Notes: generated from the sequence alone by a model not told the origin. Positions 12,687 to 24,558 are shown, numbered from the stretch's first letter. The stretch: 64,000 nt of DNA from Azolla caroliniana (GCA_043228905.1 JBHGNT010000018.1:15314001-15378000); one strand, 5' to 3'. Numbers and translations are program-made.

Positions 12687-14860
12687 CTCACTCTCCTTCC
12701 TTTACAGGGCTAAATGAAGAGTTGAGTCGGAAAGAACAACAAGATGAAGAGATGGTGAGTAGTGGAGACTCAGTCATGCTCTCCCCACGCAAGGAACCGA
12801 GGAGATGGTTTACGCTCAAAGAGAAGGGGAAGAAAAAGATTTCTGAATATGACACCGGCAGAGACGAGTCAGATCTGAGCGAATCCGACTCCGGAAAGAA
12901 CAAAGATGGACCTTCACTGACGAAGTTTGAGTCGGCCAAGAGGGCATTGAAATCAACTGATGAGAAACTACGTTGATCGACCCACCAAAAAAACCCCTTC
13001 AAACGGTATAGTTATAATGAGTACATGGCGCATCACTATACGTACATGAAGAAAGTGGTAGAAGTGCATGAGCTAGAGAGCCATGCAGAAGCGGAAAAGG
13101 ATGCACACTGGCATGCCGCTATGGAGGAAGAGATACGGGCACTCGATTTCATTGACACATGGGACCTGGTTGACCCTCTACGACATTGCAAACTGATCGG
13201 TTGCAAGTGGGTATTCAAGGTGAAATACAATGCCGACGGTTCAGTCAACCGATACAAGGCCCAAGTAGTGTATAAAGGATATGCGCAGACCCACGGAATC
13301 GATTTTGACGAGACTTTCGCTCCGGTAGCGAAGATGACGACGGTTTGTGTGGTGCTAGCGATTGTTGTGGCAAAGGGGTGGCATCTTCACCAAATGGACC
13401 TGAAGAATGTGTTTCTTCAAGGTGACCTTGAAAAACAGGCCTACATGATCCAGCCCCCCCAGTTGTTCAATCGGAGATGAACAAGTCCGATGTCTAACAA
13501 CTCAAGAAGTTTCTTTACGACCTCAAGCAAGCTCCCCATGCTTGGAAAAATCATGCACCGGTTGCGTAAGAGGAGGTTTGCAGCCTCCAAGTCCGACTCC
13601 TGGTTGTTCATCCGGAAGGTCTGGTATGTATCTTGCTATATGTGGATGATTTAGTCATCATCAAACCCAGACTCGCTAAAATCGGCCGAGTGAAGTCTCA
13701 GCTCTCAAATACATTCGAAATGAAGGACCTCGAGGACCTTCATTACTTCCTCGAGATCATAGTGATCCTTACCCTTGATGGCATATTTCTCTCACAACGA
13801 CACTATGCGTTGAATATGCTATACAAGTTCAGCATGACAGACTGCCAACTAGTCTTTACACCCCTGGACCGGAACCTAAACCTTTGTTTCGACTCCAGAC
13901 CAGTCTGCAATGAGAGACGGTTCTGACAAATTGTACGAAGCCTTATTTACTTAACGATCACCCACCCCAACATCAACTATCCAGTCGGAGCAATCAGTCA
14001 ATTTATGTGAAACCGACCGTGGAGCACCTTTAGTGTGCACACCGAATACTCAGGTATGTTAGCGGTACTAAGCATTGGGGACTATTATACTAACACGGTA
14101 TAACCGAAAATCTAGTTGGTCATACAAATGCCAACTAGGCCGGTGACGCGTAGGATTGCCGGTCCACTTCCGGTTATACGTTCTCTCTAGGTACCGCAAT
14201 TGTTGCGTGGAGCAGCAAAAACCAGTCGGCAGTGGCTCTGTCTAGCACTGAAGCTGAGTATTGGGGCACTACCATCACCACTTGTGAAGCTATATGGCTT
14301 CGGGGACTGTTGCAAAACCTCCGAATCAAAGTACCGACTCCGATCCCGATCTACTACAACAATATAAGTAGCATGCAGCTAGCCAAGAACATTGTGTTCC
14401 ATGGTCGGACAAAGCACATAGAAGTGCATTATCACTTTGTGCGCGAGCGGGTCCTGAGCGGTGAAGTTGAACTTTGGCATGTTCGGATAGATCGGCAGGT
14501 TGCCGACATCTTCACCAAGGCACTCGGAACCGACAAGTTGCAGCATTTCTCAAAGATGCTTGGGCAACAACATCTCGACATGCCGCAATTGAGGGGAAGA
14601 ATTGTTACAACCGGTCATGATGCGAAGAGAACCGGAACAGAAACCGGGAAAACAAGTAATGGCACCTCACATGGAGCTAGAGGGAAGGAAACCAAAACAA
14701 GGGGAGACACAAAGAAAAAGGGAGTTGAGTTGATTGAAGAAGTCGGCACATTCGAACAAGTCGGAACAAGCGTCAACGGCGGTAAAGTCAAGAAGGACAG
14801 AGCCGATTGGAAGAAGAAGGCCAAGACCTGGACATGGTCTGATGTGGTACAGGGCCTAAA
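12687..14860 (+). pseudogene. Degenerate Copia family B fragment (linker-RT-RH-tail), no LTRs
   Basis: GCKWVFKVKYNADGSVNRYKA, YVDDL, ALSSTEAEY, tail with TWSDVVQGL; homologous to elements D and E. Confidence 0.88.
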
Positions 14861-15336
14861 GATGGTTTGTACAAATCGTATTCGATTGGGGTGTCTAGCC
14901 GAATCAGCCCAACTTCACCTGGACCCTCGTTTGTCAGTCGACCGACTCTATCTGAAGGCTCAACTGGCCATTTTCGAGCTCTATAGGCTCATTCCGTCTG
15001 ATAGGCTCTAATGGCTGATTTAAGTATCGTTGTATTCCCTGGCTTGATCAGGATGGCTCGTTCGTCCCATGAGTGACGCTTGACCTAGTGGGTGATCGGC
15101 CCCGATTGGTGTAGAGCTCAACAACTCCTTGATGGTAGCGGAATGGGGTGAGAAGCCGGTGGATACGAGGGTGGGCTTTCGGATTGTGACTGTATGAGGT
15201 TAAATTCCACCGGCAAGTGCACTTCAAGAAGATAGCGGCCGCCAAGCTAGATAAGCTGCAAGGAACTGCATGAGGACCCTTCCCCAGCGACATCATCAGT
15301 AGTGCTCGAAGGAGACGAGGACACAAGAAACTTCCA

Positions 15337-15876
15337 TGTTGATGGGTGCGGGGTGGAGCCGTTCTCCCAAGGAGAGGAGACACACACACACACAATTTTG
15401 AGAGGAAACTTCTTTTATTATAAATCATACCCCATGGGTGGGGTTATATAGGGAGTACATGAGGGTAGTTACAATACAATGAGGCATGTAGGGTAGTTAC
15501 ATACCCTTCTAATAACCTACACCCCTTTACAACACTCTTCCATTTTTGCACACATGCACACAAATTTTCATGTATTTACACACATATCAATATACTCACT
15601 TACTTTTGTGGACACTTGCAAACACCTACAACAATACTTGTCATACAAAGACTTTACATTTATCCATCCACGTACCATCAAACTTATGTAACACTTATTT
15701 ACGTACAATCCTATGTATAACACGTATGGCATGCCCGTGGGACAGTGCCTTGCACGGCTGAACCCACATGACTTTAATAAACACAAACATCAGTCCTTGG
15801 ACCAGAACTCGATCGACTGGAACTCCCTAGGTCTTCTCCTATGTCGTTGGTCGAAACTCCCTCGACCGAAACACGC
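15337..15876 (-). repeat. LTR of family X, split by G2; probably resumes at 27791-27851
   Basis: Begins TGTTGATGGG and aligns with 30070-30361; the distal piece ends ...CCCCTAACA; no TSD recognised. Confidence 0.6.
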
Positions 15877-16522
15877 TATCGAGGTATTTCTCGCGGATGC
15901 GTGGAATGAGGCGGGGCCTCGGGGGTCTTGTACCGAAGAGCAAGAGACAAAGGAGAAGGGAAGGGACCCACTACGTGCGAGCGTAGATCCACAGGGACAC
16001 GGCCCTTCGACACAAAGACGCGAGCGGGAAACCGACTCAGAGAGACACGAAGGTATGTATGTATATATTAACAGAGACGAACAACAAGAAGCACGAAGTC
16101 GGTTACAACCGAACAGGCCGGCGAACAGATGCCGATGCCTATTCGTAAACGCTCAGAAAGAAAGGAGTAGGTTCGAGGTGCTGCCGGAAGCACTCGGGCA
16201 TTCCTCAGAGCAGCGCGAGCCTCCCCGAAACCCTGCACAGAAAGAAGCTACGGACTATGGAAGAGAGAGAAGCCTTCGGTCCACAACCCGACAACACTTC
16301 GTCCTCTCTCCGCGCGATCCCCCCACTCCTCCTCGTCTCCCTCCTTTTATAGGCAAGAAAGGAGCCGTTTCCCATTAACTTCCTACCTACCGAATCTACC
16401 GACCTAGGATCTTCTATGTACCTAATTCCCTCTTATGTACTACATAAGACGCACGTGCATGAAGAGCCGGTTCCTACGCTCCGGTGCACCGATTCCGCTT
16501 GTGGACGGTTTTCTTCAAGACA
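15877..16522 (-). repeat. G2 3' LTR
   Basis: Direct repeat of 27142-27786; terminal TG mutated to TA on the plus strand. Confidence 0.93.
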
Positions 16523-16595
16523 TCCGCCCCCACCTAACCACGCATCCACCGGCATGCGCCAAATTGAGTTGGGACGGAGAAAACCGGTCCAGCCT

Positions 16596-19500
16596 TCATT
16601 CCCCGCCCGTCGGTTCTTCCTCGGTTTCGGATCGTTTGTCGTCGTGGTCCAGGTTAACCGGATCCGGCTCGTCGTCGTGACGCTTCTTGAACGCTTTGAT
16701 CCGCTTCCCTGCTACCGGTATCGCCATTCTCGTGTCGTCGAGCTCCGCCAGATGGTACGTCCCGTTGTCGTTGGCGCTTTGTACCACGTAAGGCCCGAAC
16801 CACCTTCTTGCGAACTTCCGTGTCGCTCGGTGCTGGTTGTCGAGGCTGCTGTCGTAGACTAGCACCCAGTCGCCTTCCTCGATCTTCTTTGGTCGGAGCC
16901 GGTGCGTTCGGTCGAACCGGGCTTTGTTCCTCGTCCTTGCCACCCGAAACTTTCCCGGAGCCTACTCCACGTCCTCTGGTCTTCGCTCGAGCTGTCGTAT
17001 GCGCGCCGCCAACAGTTCCTCCCGGCTCATCTCGTCTTTCCATTCCACGGTTGCCCATGAGGAGATCGCACGTTCCATCGTCATGATCGGCTTCTGCCCA
17101 AACATAAGCTCTGCCGGCATGAATCCGGTTACCGAACTGTGCGTAGTTCGGTCAGCCCACAACGCGTAAGGCAGCAGTCGCGGACAGTTCCTGACTTGAC
17201 CTCCGCATGCCCGAACTAACGCCTTGACAATCGGTCTGTGTCCGCGCTCCACCTTTCCACTCGCCTCCGAATTGTACGCAGTGGTAAGCGAGATCTTGAC
17301 TCCTAGCCGGTCGAACAGCTCCTCAGCCTCTTCGGCATCCAACTCCCCGCGATCAGCCACGATCTTCCCGACGCACCCGTACCGGCATATCACGTCCTCG
17401 ATCAAGAACCGACATACGGCTGCGGTCGTTTTGTTCTGAACGGCCCGGCCTTCCACCTGGTTCGTCAGATCTTCCCGAGCCAGGACCAGATACTGCATCT
17501 GTCCTACTCCCATCGGCATCGTCACCAGATCTACCATCCATTTGAAGTGGATGGTCGGAGGGTACGTAGGGTGAAGCTCATCCCGATGTCGGACTAGGGA
17601 GTGCATCTAACAGCTCTCGCAAGTTGTCACGAACTGATGCACGTCCCGGTACAATCCTGGCCACCAGTACTTCCCCGTTATCTTCTTCAACGTGGCCGAC
17701 GTTCCACGGTGTCCAGCCCAAGGGCTGTCGTGGTAGGCCGTCAGCAGCTCCTCCTGTTCTTCCTTCATCGCCACCACCCGGAGCGGGACGCCGTTCCTCT
17801 TCTTCGGGTGCTTCCATAAGTATCCGTCCCGGAGAAAGAATCGGTATGCTTTCTTCCGGATCCGGTTGGCCTCGTCCCTCGTCCACGACGCATCCGGCGT
17901 CATTGTCCTCAAGAAACCCCCGATCTGGAGCCACTCGCCGTCGTACTTGCTCTCGTCGAAGCCGTTAAGCGCCGGAGTGCTCGTCCCATCGGTCGTCACG
18001 TACGCTACCTCGAAGAAGTCCACGCCGACTTCTTCGTCCTCCGAAACCATGCCGCCCTCATCATCAAACCTCGCCCTCGAAAGCATGTCGGCCATGGCGT
18101 TGTCCCTTCCGGAAATGTGTCGTATTTCCGGGTCCAGGGACTTGATGTATGCTATCCACCTGAGCATCGCCAGGTTCGGTGTCGCGCATCCGGAAACCAT
18201 GCCAAGAATTGGGAGGCAATCCGTCTCGATAATCACTTCTGTCCTCATCAGGTAGTCTTTGTCGGCCTTTACTGCCGAAACGATACCCCAGAGGTCGCGT
18301 TTAACCTGGGCGTACCCTCGTTGTCGCTCACTGAGGACCTTCGCGCCGAATCGGATCGGGAACCGAATGAAGTCCTCGTCTTCTTGGTTGACGACCCATC
18401 CGATCCCGATCGGACTCGTATCCATTGTTATGTATACCGGGGCACCCTTCTCGTAGACAGCCTTCCGGAGCGCCGGTGCTGCCGCAAGAGCCTCCTTCAG
18501 CTTCCGAACCGACTCCGTGTGCTCGTCTCGCCACTCGAATTTTCGCCCTTTCTTCAGCAACCCGTATAGCGGCTCCGCAACGTGGGCGTAATGCGGGATC
18601 CATATGTGGTAGAATGTGCACGCCCCCAGGAACCTCCGAACTTCCGTAACCGAGCTACAGTCGGTCTTCATCGCGGAGACGGCTTCCGGCCATATGGTCC
18701 GCATAGGTGTCCGACCACCAGGATTTCTGATTGCCCGAAGGCCGATTTTCTCCCCGGAAAAGGTGAGCCTCGCAACCTCTAGCCTTTGTAGCACCTTCTC
18801 GCAGTCGTCGATGTGTGTTGCCACGAATCGCCGGCATCCATCCGGCCCGAGTGTCTCGTCCTTCTCTTCCACCGGGCACCCCTTGATCGGGATGTCGTCT
18901 AGAAATGGCATGGTGATGTCCAGGATGCAATCCCTCAGTACCTTGTTCATTGCATTCACCATGTGGGCCACCGAGTTGGTCCCTCCTTGTGGCAGGGTAC
19001 ACATTCGCACTAGGCCGAGGGGAGTTCGCATCGTCGTAATGTCTCTACTCTCCACGGCTAGCTGGAACTGGTCGTACCGCGAGTACAGATCACCGACCGA
19101 GTAAATCGACCTTCCGGCGAAGGCCTCCGTGAACTCGTCTATGGTCGGTCCGATTCCTGCGTTCCGAATGGTCACTCTGTTGACCGGCTGCAGGTCTTGA
19201 ATGAAGCGCAATGTTCTGTTTTTCTTTGGTACGGTAAACCATCGGTTCGAGTATGGGGCACTCGACGGTTCGAGAATGCCCATATCGACTTTCTGCCTCA
19301 ATAGCTCCATCAACTTCGGGATGTGAGCTCTCGGTACTGGAATCGGCTTGAGAGTCCACGGCACATGCGGTACCGTGAATATCACCATCGGCTCCACGAT
19401 TGTCGGGTCTACGCACCCGATCTCTTCCGGTGAGAATGCGAAGGCTTTCCCGTGCCTTCCGAGCATTCTCCAAAACCGGTCTTCCTCCGCCGGCAGTAGG

Positions 19501-20078
19501 AACCCGCCCCCACCGATTTTGAGCTCCCGGAGCGTCCCGTCGGTGAAGGTGTGTCCTATGCAGACCGGATCTCATAAACTGGGGTCCGACGCAACCCCTC
19601 TGATTCGGGACTCGCTGCCCTCCGGTAAGGGTGCCGCGACTAGCCTTACCTTCCGGTCCACCATCTTGTACTTCGTGCTAACCCGGGCCGTCCAATCCGA
19701 CCCGAGCCCCTGACTGAAGTTCGCGATGACTTCGTACATCTCTTCGGAACATACCGGTATCGTCCGGTCTTCGTTAAGGTCTTCTCCGGCTACCTCCCTC
19801 AGCATTCCCAAGGTGTCGTCGAAGGAGACCGCCTCCACGGCTCCGCTGATTTCCTCGTCCGGGCCGAGAACTCCGCACGCTCGAAGTCGCTCTTCCGCCC
19901 TTGCCTTTTCTCGGCCAACGATGCCGACTATCATACACCCTCCTTTGTTGGAGAAGCAAAAAAGTTTACTTATCGTACAGGGTTTCTTCGGTTTTGGTTC
20001 TATCGTACAGCTGTGGGGTCTTTCCTGAGTGTCCGGACTGTCTCGGCCCCACGCCTTGGCAGCCCTCTCTAAAAATCC
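16596..20078 (-). pseudogene. G2 pol (RT-RH-IN) with stops and frameshifts
   Basis: Collinear and highly similar to G1 pol (PFLDDIP, GHRG, ADRGELD); integrase C-terminus KFARRWFGPY. Confidence 0.93.
20013..20078 (-). promoter_or_regulatory. Putative -1 frameshift signal, G2
   Basis: G GAT TTT TAG; stem 1 GGGCTG/CAGTCC; GTGGGG/CCCCAC; pol is open in the -1 frame (GFLERAAKAWG). Confidence 0.78.
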
Positions 20079-21923
20079 TCCCGGTTCTCTCCACCGAGGG
20101 ATTTGCGGTTTCGCTCGTGGTTCGGCCGCACCGTCAGAAATTGGACCCAATGGCACCCGTCCTGGCTTTTGACCCTCGCGTAGGCCAAACCGTTGTCCAA
20201 CACCTTGGTCTCCATTCGCGCCGCCGTGATGTATGGTTCCCCTAATATGACCGGGTGCGAGGACGTCTCCTGTACGAAGAAATGTTGGTCAATCTCGACG
20301 TCGCCGATCTTGACTCGCACGTTCGGGCAGGCCCCGTGCAGTTCCTCGGTGGCGCGCGTCGCCGCCCGTATCTTCCATCCGTGCTTGGTGTTTTGATCGG
20401 CCACTTTCCCTTCTTATAGAAGTCCATGGACATCAGGTTTATTTCCGAACCGTGGTCCACCAGTGCCATCACCGGTTCCTGAACCTCTCCGATCTTTACC
20501 AGGGTCTCCGTGGTCGCTCGGGCCCAGTGTGGCCTCAAATAGTGGCTCTCCGCCCACTCATCTTCCAGCGCCAAGTCGTCGATGTGCGTTGTCCGCACCT
20601 CCACCGGTCTTTCCGGTTCCGTCTCCGTCGACAGCCTCTTCCGCTTCACCAAGTCCACAATGGAGTCGTGGAACTCCTTCTTAGCGATCCCCAGCACCTC
20701 CCGCAATGACAGCTCCACTTTGTTGTCGAGGATCCGTTCTTCTAGGACCTTTCGTAGGTCCGTGGTCCTTTCTATTTCCGTCCCCAGTTGGTATCCGCCC
20801 TTCCTGGGGTTATCTTGCGCGCTGGACCCACCGGCATCGTTCCGTCGTTGGGTCTCGTATCGTTGTGAGGGCCCGGCCGCTCCGGCTTTCCCCACTCGTT
20901 TGTCTTCTACCAGAGCCTCGTAGTTCCGGCAGGCGGCTTCCACGAAGCCCGTCTTCTCCTCTCGACCGGGTCGCTCCACCCGGTTATTTCCCGGACCCGT
21001 CTCTCAGCGCGGTCCGCTTCATCTTTCCTCAGTCGTGCGTCGGCGAGGCCTTCCAGCATTCCCGACCAGAATCCGTCTTTGCTCTCCATTCGGGCCTCGC
21101 TGCCCCCGACCCGAATACCGGCCGACGCCAAGTAGTGGATGGCCTCCACGTGTCGGGCCGCTGCCTCTTCCATCAGTCTCTTCATACCTCCTCGCCCGTC
21201 GTTCCGGTTTAGGGCCCTTCTGGTATCGCCGGCGTGCACACGGCCTTCCCATAGGTACACCACCCGGTCCCTCAACGCCTCTGTGAAATCGCCGCAGTCC
21301 TTCCGGATGTGGCCGACCTCGTCGCACCACATGCACCTGTTCCCTGCTGCCGGCCGTCGGTCACGAGCCGGTTCGCCGCCTTCCCTTCGAGTCTGGGCGA
21401 TCTGGAGATCCTTTATCGCCCGCGTCAACTCCTCTAGTGCCGCTCCTCCGGACAAGCCATTGACCACGCCGGTCGAAGCCGAACCAGTTTCGAGCCACTC
21501 CCGGGTCTCTTCCCTTCGCCCTTGCGGTGCTGGTTCAAGCCTCCTTGCTGTGACAGAGCCCGCACCGGCCGCCCCGTTGTCAGCCCATTCTCGCCGTTTG
21601 TCGAAACGGCCACAAACTCTCTTAACCGAAGCCTAGCCGGTCGTCAACCCGACTTCGGTTTCCAGCAAGTAGCCGACCTGATCCCGGTCCCGCTCGTCCA
21701 CCGACTTGACGAACAGTAGGACCCGGCTCGTATCTAGAACGGTTCGGTCAAGCGCCGAAAAACGTGCAAAGCGTTCTTCAATCTCCCGGAGGAGTGCCGA
21801 CGCGTTTCTTCCCTTGCCGGGGGCCTCCACCCATTCCATGAAGTCCCTTTTCGAAAGCCGGAGCGCGTCGTCCAGCCCGTATTTTTCTAGGAGTCGGCCT
21901 TCGAACTCCTCCCAGGTACGGCT
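20069..21923 (-). pseudogene. G2 gag (C-terminal part) plus protease
   Basis: CMWCDEVGHIRKDC knuckle; ALVDHGSEINL; ends EDF*. Confidence 0.88.
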
Positions 21924-22086
21924 CTTCGTGTCATGAACACATGACCATTATGGCGTCACCCGGACTTGAACCTCGAACCTTGTAATTCATACTTGAAAAC
22001 CTCAACCATTAAGATAGCTTATTGTTATATGAAACAATAAAAGCTACTTTTTGTATTACATTGATTATTGTAAAAACTCTAGATTA

Positions 22087-22183
22087 TTCTAGAATGTTCT
22101 AGAATGTCCTAGAGCATTCTAGGTCTAGAACATTCTAGAACATTCTAGAAATCTCTAAGCTATTCTATAGGAACCTATAAATA
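22087..22183 (+). promoter_or_regulatory. Heat-shock-element array plus TATA box in chromovirus U3 (also in the other two LTR copies)
   Basis: TTCtaGAAtgTTCtaGAA and GAAcaTTCtaGAAcaTTCtaGAA, followed by TATAAATA at 22176. Confidence 0.65.
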
Positions 22184-22322
22184 AGCGCATACATGTATTC
22201 TCAAATCAATTCGAATCAAACTGTCAGAACCAAGGATAAAAGATAGAGTGATGGAAGAAGGATAGAGAAGAATGGATGTATAAGATAGAGAAAGAAAGAG
22301 AATAGATACAACATATGTAATG

Positions 22323-22880
22323 TGATGGCTGAAATTTGATGAGAAGGATATGGTGCATCGGTAGAACTATATACTTTGGGAGGATAATCCTGAGTTCGAT
22401 CCTTGACAATGATATTTTCTGCTAAAGGGCACCGAATTTCTCGCTTCCTCCAATCGATTCTAGGGTTATGTAGCTCGAACCATGGCAAACCGAGGACAAT
22501 TGGATGCTCAGGACTACGGATTATGTTAAAGGAAACTACACATCCTAAATCACCCAAGAGTATGTGTATTGGCTCAGACTCTTCAAATATCTTCCCGAAA
22601 GCTATGGGGTGTCCATCAATCACTACTACGGAAACTGGACAAGGAAGTGTATGCAAGGATATTTGGTGTTTTTGGGCAAAATCTCTATCCATGAAACAAG
22701 AATTGGCTCCAGTATCTAAGAGGGCTTGGACTTGAAGTTGACAATTGGGTGTCCTAACTTGTACTAGGGCTGAGAAGACTCTACTAACATGCTTGGAAGA
22801 AATGGAACCCACACTAGGTTGTACATATCTAGGGTTGTCCAACCAAATGGCTCCTATTTTGGCCGGACTTATTCGTTTGA
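22323..22880 (-). pseudogene. Chromovirus protease, truncated before RT
   Basis: ALLDTGANSCF...IVLGLPWFELHNPRIDW; lies in the -1 frame relative to gag. Confidence 0.88.
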
Positions 22881-24032
22881 ATCCTCTTCTAATTGGCTTA
22901 GGACTTCAAATTTATTGGACAAGGGTGGATTATTCATAATATTAGATTCACTAACTACTTCTAAAATGTTGGACTCATTTTTATTGTCATAGTGAATTTG
23001 ATTTACCTGACGTCTCGGCCTACGGGAGCAATGAATGGCTATATGTCCTGGACCTCCACAATATAAGCACAGATGGTTTGCTCGACGACGTTGCTTCTCT
23101 TCGTCTGACAACGGTCCTCGTCGTTGAGTCATATCGATCTCCATGGGTGTAGGACTATCCATTGGGACTGGACTACGTGTTTGCCTTGGAGTTGGAGCAG
23201 GGCTATACATTTGCCTTGGGGATGATTGCGCCGTTACTGATGCATAAGTTGGTGTGAATCTAGATCTTGTTATTTGTTGTTGTCGCTCACATCGACGCTC
23301 AAAAAGGCGATTATCACATTGTATTGCTCGACTAATAGCTTCTGTAAGTGACCTTGGATCCTCGGGGAAGGTAAGAAGTAAGTCTTTGACATCACTACGA
23401 AGGCCTGAACGGAATTGCTCCATTAGGGCTTGTTCATCCCAAGGAATATCGTTTGCGATGAGACGGAAATTGGCAGCATATGTTGAAGCTGGTTGATCAC
23501 CTTGACGAAGTGTACGAATCTTGTTGATAGTTGTTCTCGCCCCATCAGTATCTTCGAAACAAGCCTTAAATTCCTTGATAAATTCCTCGAAATTATTCAG
23601 TAGAGGAGAATTGGTCTCTAGCAATGGAGCAAACCACGACAACGCTATGCTAGTCAATAAAGTGCCCACTAGCCCGACTCGTGATGCATCTGTTGGATAA
23701 CGTGCGGGATGCATTTGAATCACCAACCGTACTTGATTCAAAAAACCTCGGAAATGCGCCCTCGACCCATCAAATTTAGTTGGGAGGCTAATTTTGGGCT
23801 CCTTGATAAGTCCCTGACCTTCAACCCTTTGTTGTTGTAACACGACGATTGTCGACTCTAACTGTTGCACTCGTCGCGTGAACTCCTCTTGTTGTTGTTG
23901 CTTCTCTATAGTAACCTTTTGTAGATCCCCAAGTAGACGTTGATTCTCTACTTCAAGAGATGCGAACTTGGATTTAAGGTTCTCCATTTCTGCAACAAGG
24001 GTGAGATATTCTTCTGAGTTAATGGCAGCCAT
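22869..24032 (-). CDS. Chromovirus gag (retrotransposon gag with CCHC knuckle), intact 387-aa ORF
   Basis: EPKISLPTKFDG, LRQG..ASTYAANF, PMEID, CLYCGGPGHIAIHC; sushi/PEG10-like gag. Confidence 0.9.
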   Translation of the reverse strand: MAAINSEEYLTLVAEMENLKSKFASLEVENQRLLGDLQKVTIEKQQQQEEFTRRVQQLESTIVVLQQQRVEGQGLIKEPKISLPTKFDGSRAHFRGFLNQVRLVIQMHPARYPTDASRVGLVGTLLTSIALSWFAPLLETNSPLLNNFEEFIKEFKACFEDTDGARTTINKIRTLRQGDQPASTYAANFRLIANDIPWDEQALMEQFRSGLRSDVKDLLLTFPEDPRSLTEAISRAIQCDNRLFERRCERQQQITRSRFTPTYASVTAQSSPRQMYSPAPTPRQTRSPVPMDSPTPMEIDMTQRRGPLSDEEKQRRRANHLCLYCGGPGHIAIHCSRRPRRQVNQIHYDNKNESNILEVVSESNIMNNPPLSNKFEVLSQLEEDSNE

Positions 24033-24098
24033 GGTTTCAGGATGGTTACAAAGGAGGATAAGAGGGAGAGAGAGAGAGAGAGAGAATTCGAATCAAAC

Positions 24099-24507
24099 TG
24101 TCAGAACCAAGGATAAAAGATAGAGTGATGGAAGAAGGATAGAGAAGAATGGATGTATAAGATAGAGAAAGAAAGAGAATAGATACAAGATATGTAATGA
24201 GAGCTAAAGACTGGTGTTGATTCGAATTGATTTGAGAATACATGTATGCGCTTATTTATAGGTTCCTATAGAATAGCTTAGAGATTTCTAGAATGTTCTA
24301 GAATGTTCTAGACCTAGAATGTTCTAGGACATTCTAGAACATTCTAGAATAATCTAGAGTTTTTACAATAATCAATGTAATACAAGAAGTAGCTTTTATT
24401 GTTTCATATAACAATAAGCTATCTTAATGGTTGAGGTTTTCAAGTATGAATTACAAGGTTCGAGGTTCAAGTCCGAGTGACGCCATAATGGTGATGTGTT
24501 CATGACA
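24099..24507 (-). repeat. Internal inverted complete LTR (409 bp), flanked by both a PPT (24508-24520) and a PBS (24085-24098)
   Basis: Reverse complement of 26423-26831; preceded on the minus strand by ~50 bp duplicating the 3' end of pol. Confidence 0.93.
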
Positions 24508-24558
24508 CTATCCCTCCTTCGAGAACGCCGAGTGGAAATCGGCGTTAACATTGTTGGG

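Noticed and set aside
14860-15336. Possible coding fragment between the Copia B remnant and the X LTR
   Set aside because: No motif I can recognise; left unannotated.
15713-16378. 221-aa ORF, and the similar 27038-27493 ORF
   Set aside because: Antisense reading across the GC-rich G2 LTR; starts in unrelated flanking DNA and differs by a stop between the two LTR copies.
24413-24486. Functional tRNA gene in the chromovirus LTR
   Set aside because: Acceptor and T stems do not pair; kept only as an A/B-box observation.
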